Both the position numbers and the translations under genes were made by a program. A stretch of DNA of 64,000 nucleotides from positions 75,268,001-75,332,000 of the forward strand of contig NC_042997.1 in NCBI RefSeq assembly GCF_006345805.1, in the 5' to 3' direction. This DNA is from Octopus sinensis. Taxonomy: Eukaryota. The notes beneath the pieces are model-generated. The model searched no databases, was not told the origin of the DNA, and worked only from the letters and a program-made list of their open reading frames with translations. Positions 11,801 through 23,512 of the stretch are shown here, one piece after another. Numbering within the stretch: position 1 is the first letter of the stretch; every line of letters starts with the position of its first letter.

Positions 11801-12775
11801 AAAGTCTCTCAGGAACGGGATCTTTGTCCTGTTACTGAGTGTTTGCAGTCCTCTGATGTTCAGTAGGAGTATCGAGGTGAGGTGTACGTTGTTGCCGGCG
11901 GTGTCCATCCTGTGTCTGTTTGCTGTGGTGGTCTGGTATATAGTGGGTAGTCCCACCTGCGTGCTTGGGTTTGATGAAGCCAGGTCAGCTGCTGTACAAT
12001 CTTTTGTGCCATGCACAAAAAAGATTGTTGCTCAGCAGCTGCTCTTTCGACAACATCATGTTGGCTGTTTGTGGCGCGCACAACATCTGCGTACATCCGC
12101 TTTGGGGCAGGTGGTGCGTAGTCCATCCCTTTTCTTTGTGTTGATGGTTTGTCCATCTGCCTTGTGTCTCTGTGGCAGGGTCCCCGATGTGCAAAGCGGC
12201 AGCCTGCACCTTCCTTTCCGTGCCAGCAGGAACCTCTCAGTAGAACATACACACCCGTGTGCGCGTTTGGTTTCCATCCTTTGCGGTTCCACTTCTTCCT
12301 GGTTGTTTCACTCTTGGTCCTGCTTGAGCTTTTTCTTTTCCTTTAGCTCTTCCAGTCCTTCTTTTAGTTCTTCTTCCTCCCTCTACCTCTTCACCGGGTT
12401 CTCCGTCTCCATGGTCCTTGCTGCCGATTGGAGAACTTGCACCTGGGTTCACTTCCCGGGCAGGTTTCTCATTCAAAACCTCCTCCTGGGCGTCCACCAG
12501 GTGGGGGTGACTTCTTTCATCGTCTCCAGTCTTGCCATCTTTGCCCCGCTCGTTCTCAAAGATGGCATCAAGTGCGCCAATGTGCGACCGTACAAGCGCA
12601 TATGAGCGCACAAATTCCTGTCTCTTTCGCTCCATCTGAGCCGCTGTCCTCTTGTAGCCTCTGCTCTTCAGCGCAGCCGCAATCACCTCGCTAGGGCTAT
12701 CTCCGCCGGCGCACTCCCATGCTCGTACGAATAAATCCAGCTCGTCACGTCTCCATGCTCTGGACATGCTGGATA
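8855..12775 (-). mobile_element. Near full-length CR1-clade LINE (ORF1 + APE-RT ORF2, frameshifted)
   Basis: APE motifs LLLNIRGL, IALTETHL, MGDFNLP, SDH; RT motifs YLDFAKAFDKVDH, GVPQGTVLGPLLF, YADDTK; 3' stem-loop end ggcagtgccccagcatggcc...gaaactag. Confidence 0.95.
11860..12767 (-). pseudogene. LINE ORF1: Myb/SANT (trihelix-like) N-terminus + CCCH zinc finger, one frameshift near 12240
   Basis: W-RDELDLFVRAW...IAAALKSRGYKRTAAQMERK, then C-MFY-LRGS-C-WHGKEGAG-C-RFA-H across the frameshift. Confidence 0.7.
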
Positions 12776-12824
12776 ATCCGTCTATCCGTTTATCTATCTA
12801 ATTATGTCGAGAGAAGACAGGAAG

Positions 12825-13307
12825 ATATTAAGGCTAATTAGAAGATAGAGTACTTGAAAAAGAAAATATTAACAATATTAAGTTTGTGTAAAAACGTTAT
12901 TGGGTAAAAACGTTATTTAATCTTAAGGCTAATTAGGAGATAGAGTATCTGAAAATATATTAGCAATATTAATATTATATTAGAGTGTGGGTAAAAAAAC
13001 CTTATTTAATCTTAAGGCTAATTGGAGATAGAGTATCTGAAAATATATTAGCATATTAATATTATATTAGAGTGTGGGTAATATTAAACGTTATTTATTT
13101 AATCTTAAGGCTAATTAGAAGACAGAGGATCTGAAAAATTATATATACAATATTAAGCATATTAACCGTTATTTAATTTAATCTTAAGCTAATTAGACGT
13201 TATTAATATTAAACGTTATTTAATTTAATCTTAAGGCTAATTAGAAGATAGAGTATCTCAAAATATATTAGCAATATTAATTTATAGTAGAGTGTGGATA
13301 AAAACGT
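12825..13307. repeat. AT-rich tandem satellite, unit about 85-95 bp, running into the N gap
   Basis: taaggctaattagaagatagagtatctgaaaatatattagc recurs near 12829, 12925, 13014, 13107 and 13232. Confidence 0.9.
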
Positions 13308-13407
13308 NNNNNNNNNNNNNNNNNNNNNNNNNNNNNNNNNNNNNNNNNNNNNNNNNNNNNNNNNNNNNNNNNNNNNNNNNNNNNNNNNNNNNNNNNNNNN
13401 NNNNNNN
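13308..13407. other. Assembly gap (100 N)
   Basis: Run of N. Confidence 1.
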
Positions 13408-13419
13408 AAGAAGGGCTGT

Positions 13420-14607
13420 TAACGCCAGACGAAAAAAGTATTGCAAACGCTGGATTATCATGGAAGACAGAGAGGGAAAATTGTCGACCAGAAGCCTTAC
13501 AAGGCGGGCGAGAGAAAGGACAGGAAGCAGTTACGACGGAAGTATCGTCGCAGATGGATGACGGGAATGGGGGAGGAGGAGCAAGAGGAAGAGAGAGAAG
13601 AAGGGGAATGGTGCGAGGAGACCATGAAGAATGGTGAAAGGGAGAGAGAGAATGAAGAATGAGAGAGAGAGGAAGAGAAAGTTAAATGAGGGAAAAAAAA
13701 AAAAGACGAAAAAGGGAATGGAGAGAAAGAAAGAAAGATGCAGTCGCGTGAGTTAATATCAAGGCTAACTTGATAAACAGAACAATCTTACTTAGTAGGG
13801 TGCGTGCGTTTAGTCGTATAATGTTAATAAAATAGAATATATGCATATATAAAACATATATGTACGTACCTACCTCTACATGTACATATACACGCATATA
13901 TGTGTACAGGACACCAAAAAGATGTCGAACACATAGAGAGACGAAACACATAGACACAAACCAAGGAACAAGACAAGCAAAAAAAAAGGGGGGGAGATAC
14001 AGGACAATAAGCACAACGAAAAATCCCCTTCTTCAGTCGCTAAGATTTCATCTACTAAACGTTTCGAAGGATAAAAGCGAGACGTATACTTCGAAGAAAA
14101 ATTCCTTCCCGCGAAAAGCAAATCAATTAAAATTCTGAGATCTTTTCGCAGAGGGGTAAAAAAAGCAAGACGGTAACGACAGTACAAACATATAAACAGT
14201 AAAAAATATATATATAAACAGTGGAAAAATAAATATATAACAGTGAGAGACAGGACAAGGAGAACAAGATAACGCCAGACGAAAAAAGTATTGCAAACGC
14301 TGGATTATCGTGGAAGACAGAGAGGGAAAATTTGTCGACCAGAAGCCTTACAAGGCGGGCGAGAAAGGACAGGAAGCAGTTACGACGGAAGTATCGTCGC
14401 AGATGGATGACGGGAATGGGGGAGGAGGAGCAAGAGGAAGAGAGAGAAGAAGGGGAATGGTGCGAGGAGACCATGAAGAATGGTGAAAGGGAGAGAGAGA
14501 ATGAAGAATGAGAGAGAGAGGAAGAGACAAGTTAAATGAGGGAAAAAAAAAAAAGACGAAAAAGGGAATGGGAGAGAAAGAAAGAAAGATGCAGAGTCGC
14601 GTGAGAG

Positions 14608-14613
<6 letters not shown>
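13420..14613 (+). repeat. About 340-bp direct duplication (13420-13757 and 14270-14613)
   Basis: taacgccagacgaaaaaagtattgc...gtcgcgtgag present twice; differences are mostly AG-dinucleotide or homopolymer indels. Confidence 0.9.
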
Positions 14614-14649
<36 letters not shown>

Positions 14650-14789
14650 TATATATACACATATTTACACATATATCGAGCATAGGCTTGAAACGTAAAA
14701 GACTTGTTTTATTTATATTCCTGAGCGCCATACTAATACAATTGTTTGTTCGTATTCCACCTGCCTTCGTCTTTTGTTTATTTTCATAA

Positions 14790-15359
14790 AGCTTCCCATT
14801 ATATATATATATATTTATATGTGTGTATATATATATATGTGTGTATATGTATATATGTGTGTATATGTATATATATGTGTATATATATGTGTGTACATAT
14901 TTGTGTATATATATATATGTGTATATATATATGTGTGTGTGTGTGTATATATATGTGTGTGTATATTTATATATATGTGTATATATATACGTGTGTATAT
15001 ATATACGTGTGTATATATATACGTGTGTATATATATATATACATGTATGTTTATATATATGTGTGTATATATGTATATATATACATGTATGTGTATATAT
15101 ATATATATGTATATATATACATGTATGTGTATATATATATATATGTATATATATACATGTATGTGTATATATATATATATGTATATATATACATGTATGT
15201 GTATATATATATATGTATATATATACATGTATGTGTGTGTATATATATATGTATATATATACATGTATGTGTGTGTATATATATATGTATATATATACAT
15301 GTATGTGTGTGTATATATATATGTATATATATATACATGTATGTGTGTGTATATATATA

Positions 15360-15394
<35 letters not shown>

Positions 15395-15415
15395 CGTGTA
15401 TGTATATATATATAT
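14790..15415. repeat. (TA)/(TG) compound microsatellite with about 30-bp higher-order unit
   Basis: atatatacatgtatgtgtgtatatatatatgt repeated. Confidence 0.95.
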
Positions 15416-15740
15416 AAATTGGCCTAAATGTATATAACAAAACTGACCTAAATGTCTCTCCTCGCCAGATATCGACATGAAACTTAAACAACTTACGTCT
15501 GTAATGCAAGCCATATGCTACAAATGTGTCCCAGAGGGAAAGGCTACTGTACACAAGAACAAAATCCCCAGAGAGAGAAATCTTATGAGACGGCGTACAA
15601 AAGTTTCAAATCGCCTAAACAAACAAATTGAAAGCAGTGAAAAATCCCACTTGAAAATAAAACTGCTGAAAATTTTAAAATGTCTTCAACTCTCACATGA
15701 AAAAGATAGAGCAGACAAAGAAGCCTGGGCTATAGACAAC
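15416..15740 (+). mobile_element. Tail-less internal fragment of the CR1-like LINE
   Basis: Close reverse-complement match to about 10780-11085 ([25 protein letters not shown]). Confidence 0.9.
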
Positions 15741-16997
15741 AGATGCCAGTAAAGCGATGTTGGTTACGATCATGCTTGAATGGTGCCCCCTTAATTTTAA
15801 ATGACTTAATAGTTGTTATAGACTTAAGTACTGTATTTATCTATGAATACTAATTTGCCATAGACCATGAGCATACTAATTTTATATATCTATGTATAAG
15901 TGTTTTGGATTCGAATGTTTGTGTATTTGTATATTTAGATATAGGTTTTTTTTGTTTTTTTTTGTATATTGATATATATCTAATTTTCTACTGGTCTTTT
16001 ATGTATATGTATATCATATGATATGCATTCAGTTTTGGACTTCGGTGTATTGATGTATACTTAGTATGGGTCAATGTGCAAAACACATGGTGATCACTAT
16101 TGGATACGTACATGTGTATACATGCATATGGTTGCATATGTGTGTGTGTGCGTATATATCGTATATATGTATATGTGTATATAGATATGTACGTATTTAT
16201 GTATGTATGTATGTATGTGTGTATTTATGCATGTCTATGTGTACGTGTGTGTGCGCATATATGTATGTATATTTTAACCAACCAACCGTAACTAAGACAA
16301 TGAAATTCAAATGTGTCAACCAATTGGATTTAGCTTGAGATTGTAAATAATCTCTCCCCTACCCCAGTAAGATTTCAAACCACTGTAATTCTATATTAAT
16401 AACAATGTAAGCATAGCCCGTAATGGCCTATCTCTTACCTCTTGATCTGTGAACTCTACGTATGTACATGCATATATCTTTTGTATGATGTAAAAGGATA
16501 AAATCTCTTTATATATGTATATGTATTAGTGGATGTTTTTTTGCGCATGTATGTATATGCATATGCATGGTTTTGTTACCTGTGTATATAGATATATATG
16601 TATGCAGAATAAGACTGAAGTTTTGATTTTGACTGTATGATATATGAATATAATGTCATTTTTTGTTCAATTAATGTACTTGCATCTTTCATGGACATCT
16701 GTCTATGTATTATGTTATACTATATTATATATGTGATATATAATATATTATATTATACTATATTTCATGTGGTATTTTCCATCTACTATGTGTCGTGAAT
16801 AGCAGAATGCACACAATCTAATATTGGTATTATTAATAATAATAATAATATTTATAGTTTTGGTAATGTAATACAGTGCAGTTTGGACTTTGTATATGTA
16901 CCCTTTGATGTGGATATATATGTATACTCCAGAATATATATTTGATTATCTGTAACCTTATGTGTGTGTGTATTATCATATATATTCTTATATATAT

Positions 16998-17057
<60 letters not shown>

Positions 17058-17123
17058 TTGTGTATGTGTATTTTGTTTCATATTTATATTTTCATTTTAT
17101 ATTTTTATAATTGTACTTTATAA

Positions 17124-17249
17124 TCTCTGACGAGGCCTTGAGATATATATATATAAGTAACTCATCTTTACCTGCATATTACCTCAATACATCTGACTAA
17201 TATAGGCAGAATGAGATACCTTTATCTGAAGACTGAAACAGCTGTAAGA
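17124..17249 (+). ncRNA. Hammerhead ribozyme motif with large loop II (probable PLE terminal repeat)
   Basis: TCT-CTGACGA-GGCCTTGAGATA..TATCTGAAGACT-GAAAC-AGCT-GTA-AGA. Palindromic stem III ACAGCTGT. Confidence 0.65.
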
Positions 17250-17478
17250 ACCATTTTATGTGTATTATTTTTATGGTCTTATCTTACTTATTGATGTATA
17301 TTGTTTTATTTCGTTGGATTTGGATATTCCTATATATGTAGTTAATAAATAATATGAATTGGTAATATCTGTAAGTCGATGATTGAAATGAATCTGTTCC
17401 TCCATTTTCTTATTTGTATATATATATATATGTGTATATGTATATATGTATGTGTATATATATATGTATATATATATA

Positions 17479-17790
17479 TGTATGCTGATGACCTTGCTCT
17501 AATTGCTGAGTCACTATCAGAACTGGAGAAGTTTCAGGTGTGGAAACAAGGATTAGAATCGAAGGGCCTTAGAATCAACCTAGCCAAAACCAAAGTCCTA
17601 ATAAGTAGGAAGGTGGACCAACCACAAACGACTTCAGGTAGATGGCCCTGCTCGATCTGTAAAAAAAGGTGTAGGTAGAAACTCTATAAGGTGCACCAAG
17701 TGTAAGCTATGGACACATAAGAGGTGCAGCAATGTCAAAGGTAGGCTAACTGGGAAGATAGTTTTCGTATGTGGCAGATGCTCAGGAGAA
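17479..17790 (+). mobile_element. Internal RTE RT fragment
   Basis: YADDLALIAESLSEL...WPCSICKK, homologous to 20284-20610. Confidence 0.9.
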
Positions 17791-18109
17791 ATAAACACTA
17801 ATTAATTAATTTTAAGTATTGGCTTATGTTTTTCATTGTTTGATTTGCCTAATAGTGGTTTTATCTCTAATTTAATATAATATAATATAATATATTTATA
17901 CTATAAAATTGGATTTAATCCTAAATCTGATTTTTCCCTGTAAGTTTGGATTTATTCCCTAATATTTTATTATTATATGTATATATATATATATAATATG
18001 TATATGTATATATATGTATATGTATATGTATATATATGTATATGTATATATATGTATATATATGTATATGTATATATATGTATATGTATCTTCTCTTCTC
18101 TTTCCCCGT

Positions 18110-18435
18110 CTGTCTTGATAGACAATGGGCTGCGCCAAGGGTGGTGCCTACTTTGATGATGTGCTGCGTCTGCTGTGACTGAACAGTCCAATTCTAGAGT
18201 GGCAGTCCTTGGTACATTTGCTGCACACGAACATTGATGGGTACGTGTGGGGTGTTGCTGCAGTTGTCCTCCTCCTGTCCCGCCTGTCCAACCACAGCTG
18301 TGCTCTCCTCTCCTCAGCCATGGAAACGCCTTTCCTCACCGTCCGACGCCAGGCAGAGCGGTCAGCAGCTGTTTCCTCCCACGTGTCCACACAGATGTTG
18401 GCAGTCCTCAGGTCACGCTTGCACACGTCCCTGGG
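18110..18435 (-). mobile_element. RTE-BovB-like LINE 3' end with C2H2-like finger
   Basis: WEETAADRSAWRRTVRKG...FVCSKCTKDCHSRIGLFSHSR. Confidence 0.85.
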
Positions 18436-18439
18436 TATA

Positions 18440-21400
18440 CTAATCGAGGTAGTCAGAGTATGTGACAGAATACTTAAGATTAGATTAGTGCTCCATCATA
18501 GTTTAGCAACTATTATATCGGCCTATGCCCCTCAGCGAGGGCTACCCGATGGACACAAAGACCATTTCTATGACACCCTACTGCAGACCACCTCATTGAC
18601 GAACGACAGGGACCTTCTCTTCGTGGCTGGTGACTTCAATGGGCATGTTGGACGACATGCTGGGGGCCTCCATGGCGTACATGGAGGCTACGGTTATGGT
18701 TCCCGCAATGAGGAGGGAACCAGGCTGCTGGAGTTCTGCTATGCGAATAGTCTTATGGTTTGCAACACTAACTTCAGGAAACTGACAAGCCACCTAGTCA
18801 CCTACCGATCAGGCCGGCATACTAGCCAAATCGACTACATCCTTGCCAGAAAAAGGGAAAGATGGCTGCTTATAAATGCCAAAACCTTCCCAGGTGAAGA
18901 ATGTACCATGCAACATAGACTGGTAGTTAGTGACTTTAGGATCAGGACTAAGAGGACGACTAGAAGATGACCAACATGGAGATGAAGGGTCTGGAAGCTT
19001 AAAGACCCTGCGAATGGACAGAGATTTAGAGACATGTTACTTGAAGCCTTTGACAAAATAGAAGGGGGTATAGGTACACATGGGGTAGAAGACAACTGGA
19101 CGCTTCTAAGGGACAACTTGCTGAAAGCCACTGGCCAGATCTGTGGCTGGTGCAAAGTCCCCTCAAGACCCAAAATAACGTAGTGGTGGAACAATATTGT
19201 TGACAGGGCTATTAGACAAAAGAAACAGGCTTGGAAGGACTAGAAGAACGGTGGTAGCAGGGAAGTGTATTAGACTGCCAGAAGGGAAGCTAGGAGGCAG
19301 GTGTATTTAGCCAGAGGGGAAGCAGATAAGAAAAAATTTGCCAATGTTCTGCGCCGTGAGGATGAAAGACTTGAGGTATTTCGTGTTGCAAGACAGTGTG
19401 TGAGAGACAATCATGATGTGGTAGGAGAGAAATGTGTTCGCAAGGATGACGGTTCACTTGCGGTAAATGAGGATGCAAAGAGAGAGGTTTGGAGACGCCA
19501 TTGTGAAAGATTGCTAAATGAGGAAAATGAATGGGATAAAGAGAGTCTGCCGAATGTTGACCCAATAGAGGGACCAGCAATCCGAGTTGACAGTTCCTTA
19601 GTAGTTAAGGCAATTACAAGCATGAAAACAGGGAAAGCCCCAGGCCCATCAGGAATTACTGCAGAGATGCTCAAAATATCTGGTAGTGTCGGCTATAGCC
19701 TAGTCACTCGTATAGTTAACCAGGTGATACACGAAGGAGTCATACCCAATGACTGGTGTAGCAGCATAATAGTCAACTGCTACAAAGATAAATGTGACGC
19801 CATAGATACAAATAACTACAGGGGTATCAAGCTGCTGGATCAGGTAATGAAGGTTACGGAGAGGGTTATAGCCCACTAATTAGAGAGAGAGTTAACTTAG
19901 ATGAGATTCAGTTTGGGTTTGTGCCAGGGAAAAGTACTACTGATGCTATATTCCTGGTAAGACTGCTGCAGGAGAAATACCTAGCCAAAGATAAGCCCCT
20001 GTACCTGGCTTTTGTTGACATGGAGAAAGCCTTCGACAGGGTTCCCCGATTCCTTATATGGTGGTCAATGAGGAAACTAGGGATAGATGAATGGTTAATG
20101 AGAGCTGTGCGAGCCATGTACAGAGACGCTGCTAGTAAGCTGAGGGTTCGCAACGAGTACAGTGAAGAATTCCGGGTAGAGGTTGGAGTCCACCAAGGTT
20201 CAGTCCTCAGTCTCCTCCTATTTATTATAGTCCTCCAGGCAATAATGGAGGAATTCAAGACAGGATGCCCCTGGGAGCTCCTCTATGCTGATGACCTTGC
20301 TCTAATTGCTGAGTCACTATCAGAACTGGAGGAGAAGTTTCAGGTGTGGAAGCAAGGATTAGAATCGAAGGGCCTTAGAATCAACCTAGCTAAAACCAAA
20401 GTCCTAATAAGTAGGAAGGTAGACAAATCACAAACGCCTTCAGGTAGATGGCCCTGCTCGATCTGTAAAAAAGGTGTAGGTAGAAACTCTATAAGGTACA
20501 CCAAGTGTAAGCTATGGACATATAAGAGGTACAGCAATGTCAAAGGAAGGCTAACTAGGAAAATAGTTTTTGTCTGTGGCAGATGCTCAGGAGCATTAAA
20601 CACTGAAAATGTGCAGAGACCAACTTCTACCACATTCCAGGGAGAAAAACTAGAAGTAGTTGATAGCTTCCGCTACCTAGGTGACCAAGTCAGTAGCAGG
20701 GGTGGGTGTGTTGAAAGTGTGACTGCTAGAGTAAGAATAGTCTGGGCAAAGTTTAGAGAGCTGTTACCCCTACTGGTGACAAAAGGCCTCTCGCTCAGAG
20801 TAAAAGGCAGGCTGTATGATGCATGTGTACGTACAGCTATGCTACATGGTAGTGAAACATGAGCTGTGACTGCTGAGGATATGCGTAAGCTCGCAAGAAA
20901 TGAAGCCAGTATTCTCTGATGGATGTGTAATGTCAGTGTTCATAATCGACAAAGTGTAAGTACCTTGAGAGAAAAGTTGGACCTAAGAAGCATCAGTTGT
21001 GGTGTGCAAGAGAGACGTTTGCACTGGTATGGTCATGTGATGAGAATGGGTGAAGATAGTTGTGTGCAAAAGTGCCACACCCTAGCAGTTGAGGGAACCT
21101 GTGGAAGAGGTAGACCCAGGAAAACCTGGGACGAGGTGGTGAAGCACAACCTTCGAACTTTAGGTCTCACCAAGGAAATGACTAGAGATCGAGACCTATG
21201 GAAGTATGCTGTGCATGAGAAGACCCGGCAAGACTAGTGAGACCATAACCCATGGCCTCTTACCTGGTATGTAGCCAGTCGACTGATACATACCTTTCCT
21301 TCTTGGGACACAAAACTCCACTTGTGAAGACCCGTTGAGGCAAGTGAAAATCAAAATCAAATCAAATCAAATCAGATATCAGAAAGCAGAACCAAAATCG

Positions 21401-21860
21401 AAGCCGATCAACATCAATGGAAATTGCAGCTGTGATACCAGTGCCGGTGAAAAGTAAGCAAACCATCCGATTGTGGCCGTTGCCAGCGCCGCCCCGACTG
21501 GCCTCCATGCACCATCTGTTCGTGGCCGTTGCCAGCCTCACCCTGCCCCCGTGCTGGTGGCACGTAAAAAGCACCATCTGTTCGTGGCCGTTGCCAGCCT
21601 TGCCTGGCCTCCGTGCCGGTGTCACATAAAAAGCACCATTTGTCTGTGGCCGTCTGTCAGCTCCGTCTGGCACCTGTGTGGGTGGCGCGTAAAAAGCACC
21701 CACTACACTCACAGAGTGGTTGGCGTTAGGAAGGGCATCCAGCTGTAGAAACACTGCCAGATCAGACTGGGCCTGATGCAGCCTTCTGGCTTCACAGACC
21801 CTAGTTGAACCGTTCAACCCATGCTAGCATGGAAAACGGACGCTAAATGATGATGATGAT
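18440..21860 (+). mobile_element. 5'-truncated RTE LINE (APE, RT, PHD-like finger), with stops, and 3' UTR/(GAT)n tail
   Basis: ISAYAPQ, GDFNGHVG, SQIDYIL, QHRLVVSDF; FVDMEKAFDRV, GVHQGSVLS, LLYADDL; WPCSICKKGVGRNSI..KCKLW..K; RGRPRKTWDEVV. Confidence 0.95.
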
Positions 21861-21907
<47 letters not shown>

Positions 21908-22300
21908 CTGTATGTATATACATATATATATACTTATTATTTCCTGGGGAAGCAATGTGAGTAGCAACTTAAGGAACATTACAAAATCCACAGAATGATT
22001 TAACTTATACATATATTCATTTACATCTATAGAACCGATATAAAGTCCGACGTTTAAAAATATAGGAATATATAACTATATAAACATCCTATAACAATAT
22101 ATAAATATATATAAGAATCAATGTTGTATATATAACACATTGAGTTTATGCTTAAAATCATAGAACATTTGGTAAAAATTGGTTAAATTAAAAATTTTGG
22201 GTAACAAAACATACAATGACATATTAAAATGATGTATTAAAATACCAGAGAAAAATACAAAAAAGATAAATATACAAAATTACAAAAATACATAAATGTT

Positions 22301-22380
22301 CATCTATGGGCCGTTTCGGAGACACACCAATTAATATGAAACATATCATGTTTGAAATTGACACTCCCCTCGTCAGGATG
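22301..22380 (-). ncRNA. Degenerate minimal hammerhead ribozyme in the PLE terminal repeat
   Basis: Minus strand: CATC-CTGACGA-GGGGA..TCTCC-GAAAC-GGCCC-ATA-GATG. Confidence 0.6.
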
Positions 22381-23212
22381 TTTTTTACACACAACACATA
22401 ATAGACGGAAACAAATGCACAATTTCATACTGGCTGTATTCGAGAGACCAGACATTACATACTCCCAAAAATTCACATTGTTACTGAATTTTACTTAATA
22501 AGCATATAATTTAATCTAGAAGCCATAGTAAAGGGCATGTGCACAGTTCCATCTGGACTATTTCACTCCTGCACTTTAATTTAATTTTTAATTTACTCCC
22601 ATTCATGTAAAACCACATATTTGAGTTCAAGTCCTTGATACATTTTATACTAATTGCTATTTTTACTTTTAATAGTTATATTACGATTTAATTATTATAC
22701 TTTAGTTTAATTTTCATTGCTACTTACTATATTTAATTCAATTGTTATTATTACCTCTAACTTTTATTGTTATTTTTATTTTTAAATTTCTTACGAAACG
22801 TCGAGTGGATCTTATGCATACACACTGGTATTGCATCAGTGAATACATATGATGCCAATGTTGTAGATGTCCTATCTTTAAGATTGTTAAAAGTGCTCAG
22901 GTGGGATCGATATCTCTGCTTAAAATCTATTGAACTACCAATGTATATTTTTCTCTGGCCTTCTTGAGTCTCAACACTACATTTATAAAGCAAATTTTCC
23001 TGGCGACAATTTCCACTAATCGGACATACTGATGGGTCCCTACAATTACACTTCTTCAGCTTGTTACGGGATCTAGTATTTCTGATCACTCCGAACCCTT
23101 TCCCCCTCCCAATACTATGATCCACCATATTATTTACACCATCGTTTGTGCTATTTTCAGGTATATTTATTTTATTGTTATTCTTACTATTACCATCATT
23201 ATTATTATTACC

Positions 23213-23512
23213 AATGGAGAAGTTCTTAAGCAGATCAGGCCAAAAATGTCACTAGAAGCTAGGATCACCAAGCATAGATTGGCATATTTTGGTCATATTA
23301 TGCGGAGAAAATCCCTGGAGAAGGACATCATGCTCAGAATGGTCAGTGGCAAGAGAGGAAGAGGCTGACCAAGAACCCGCTGGCTTGACACCATCAAGAG
23401 TGATACCGGGATGGACATAGCTAATCTGAAAGAAGCGGCCCAGGATAGAACTGACTGGAGGACACTGATCCATCGAGTAACCGAGAGTCGACTTCGACTG
23501 AGCGGATAGATA
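23213..23512 (+). mobile_element. RTE/BovB-like LINE 3' fragment inserted in a trinucleotide tract of the PLE
   Basis: SLEARITKHRLAYFGHIMRRKSLEKDIM..GKRGRG*PRTRWLD. Confidence 0.85.

Noticed and set aside
11790-12605. 271-aa + strand ORF
   Set aside because: Antisense shadow of the GC-rich LINE ORF1.
14025-14070. GAAAC...CTGAAGA on the minus strand as a permuted hammerhead
   Set aside because: No convincing stems I and III or NUH site; a similar weak case lies at 4575-4630.
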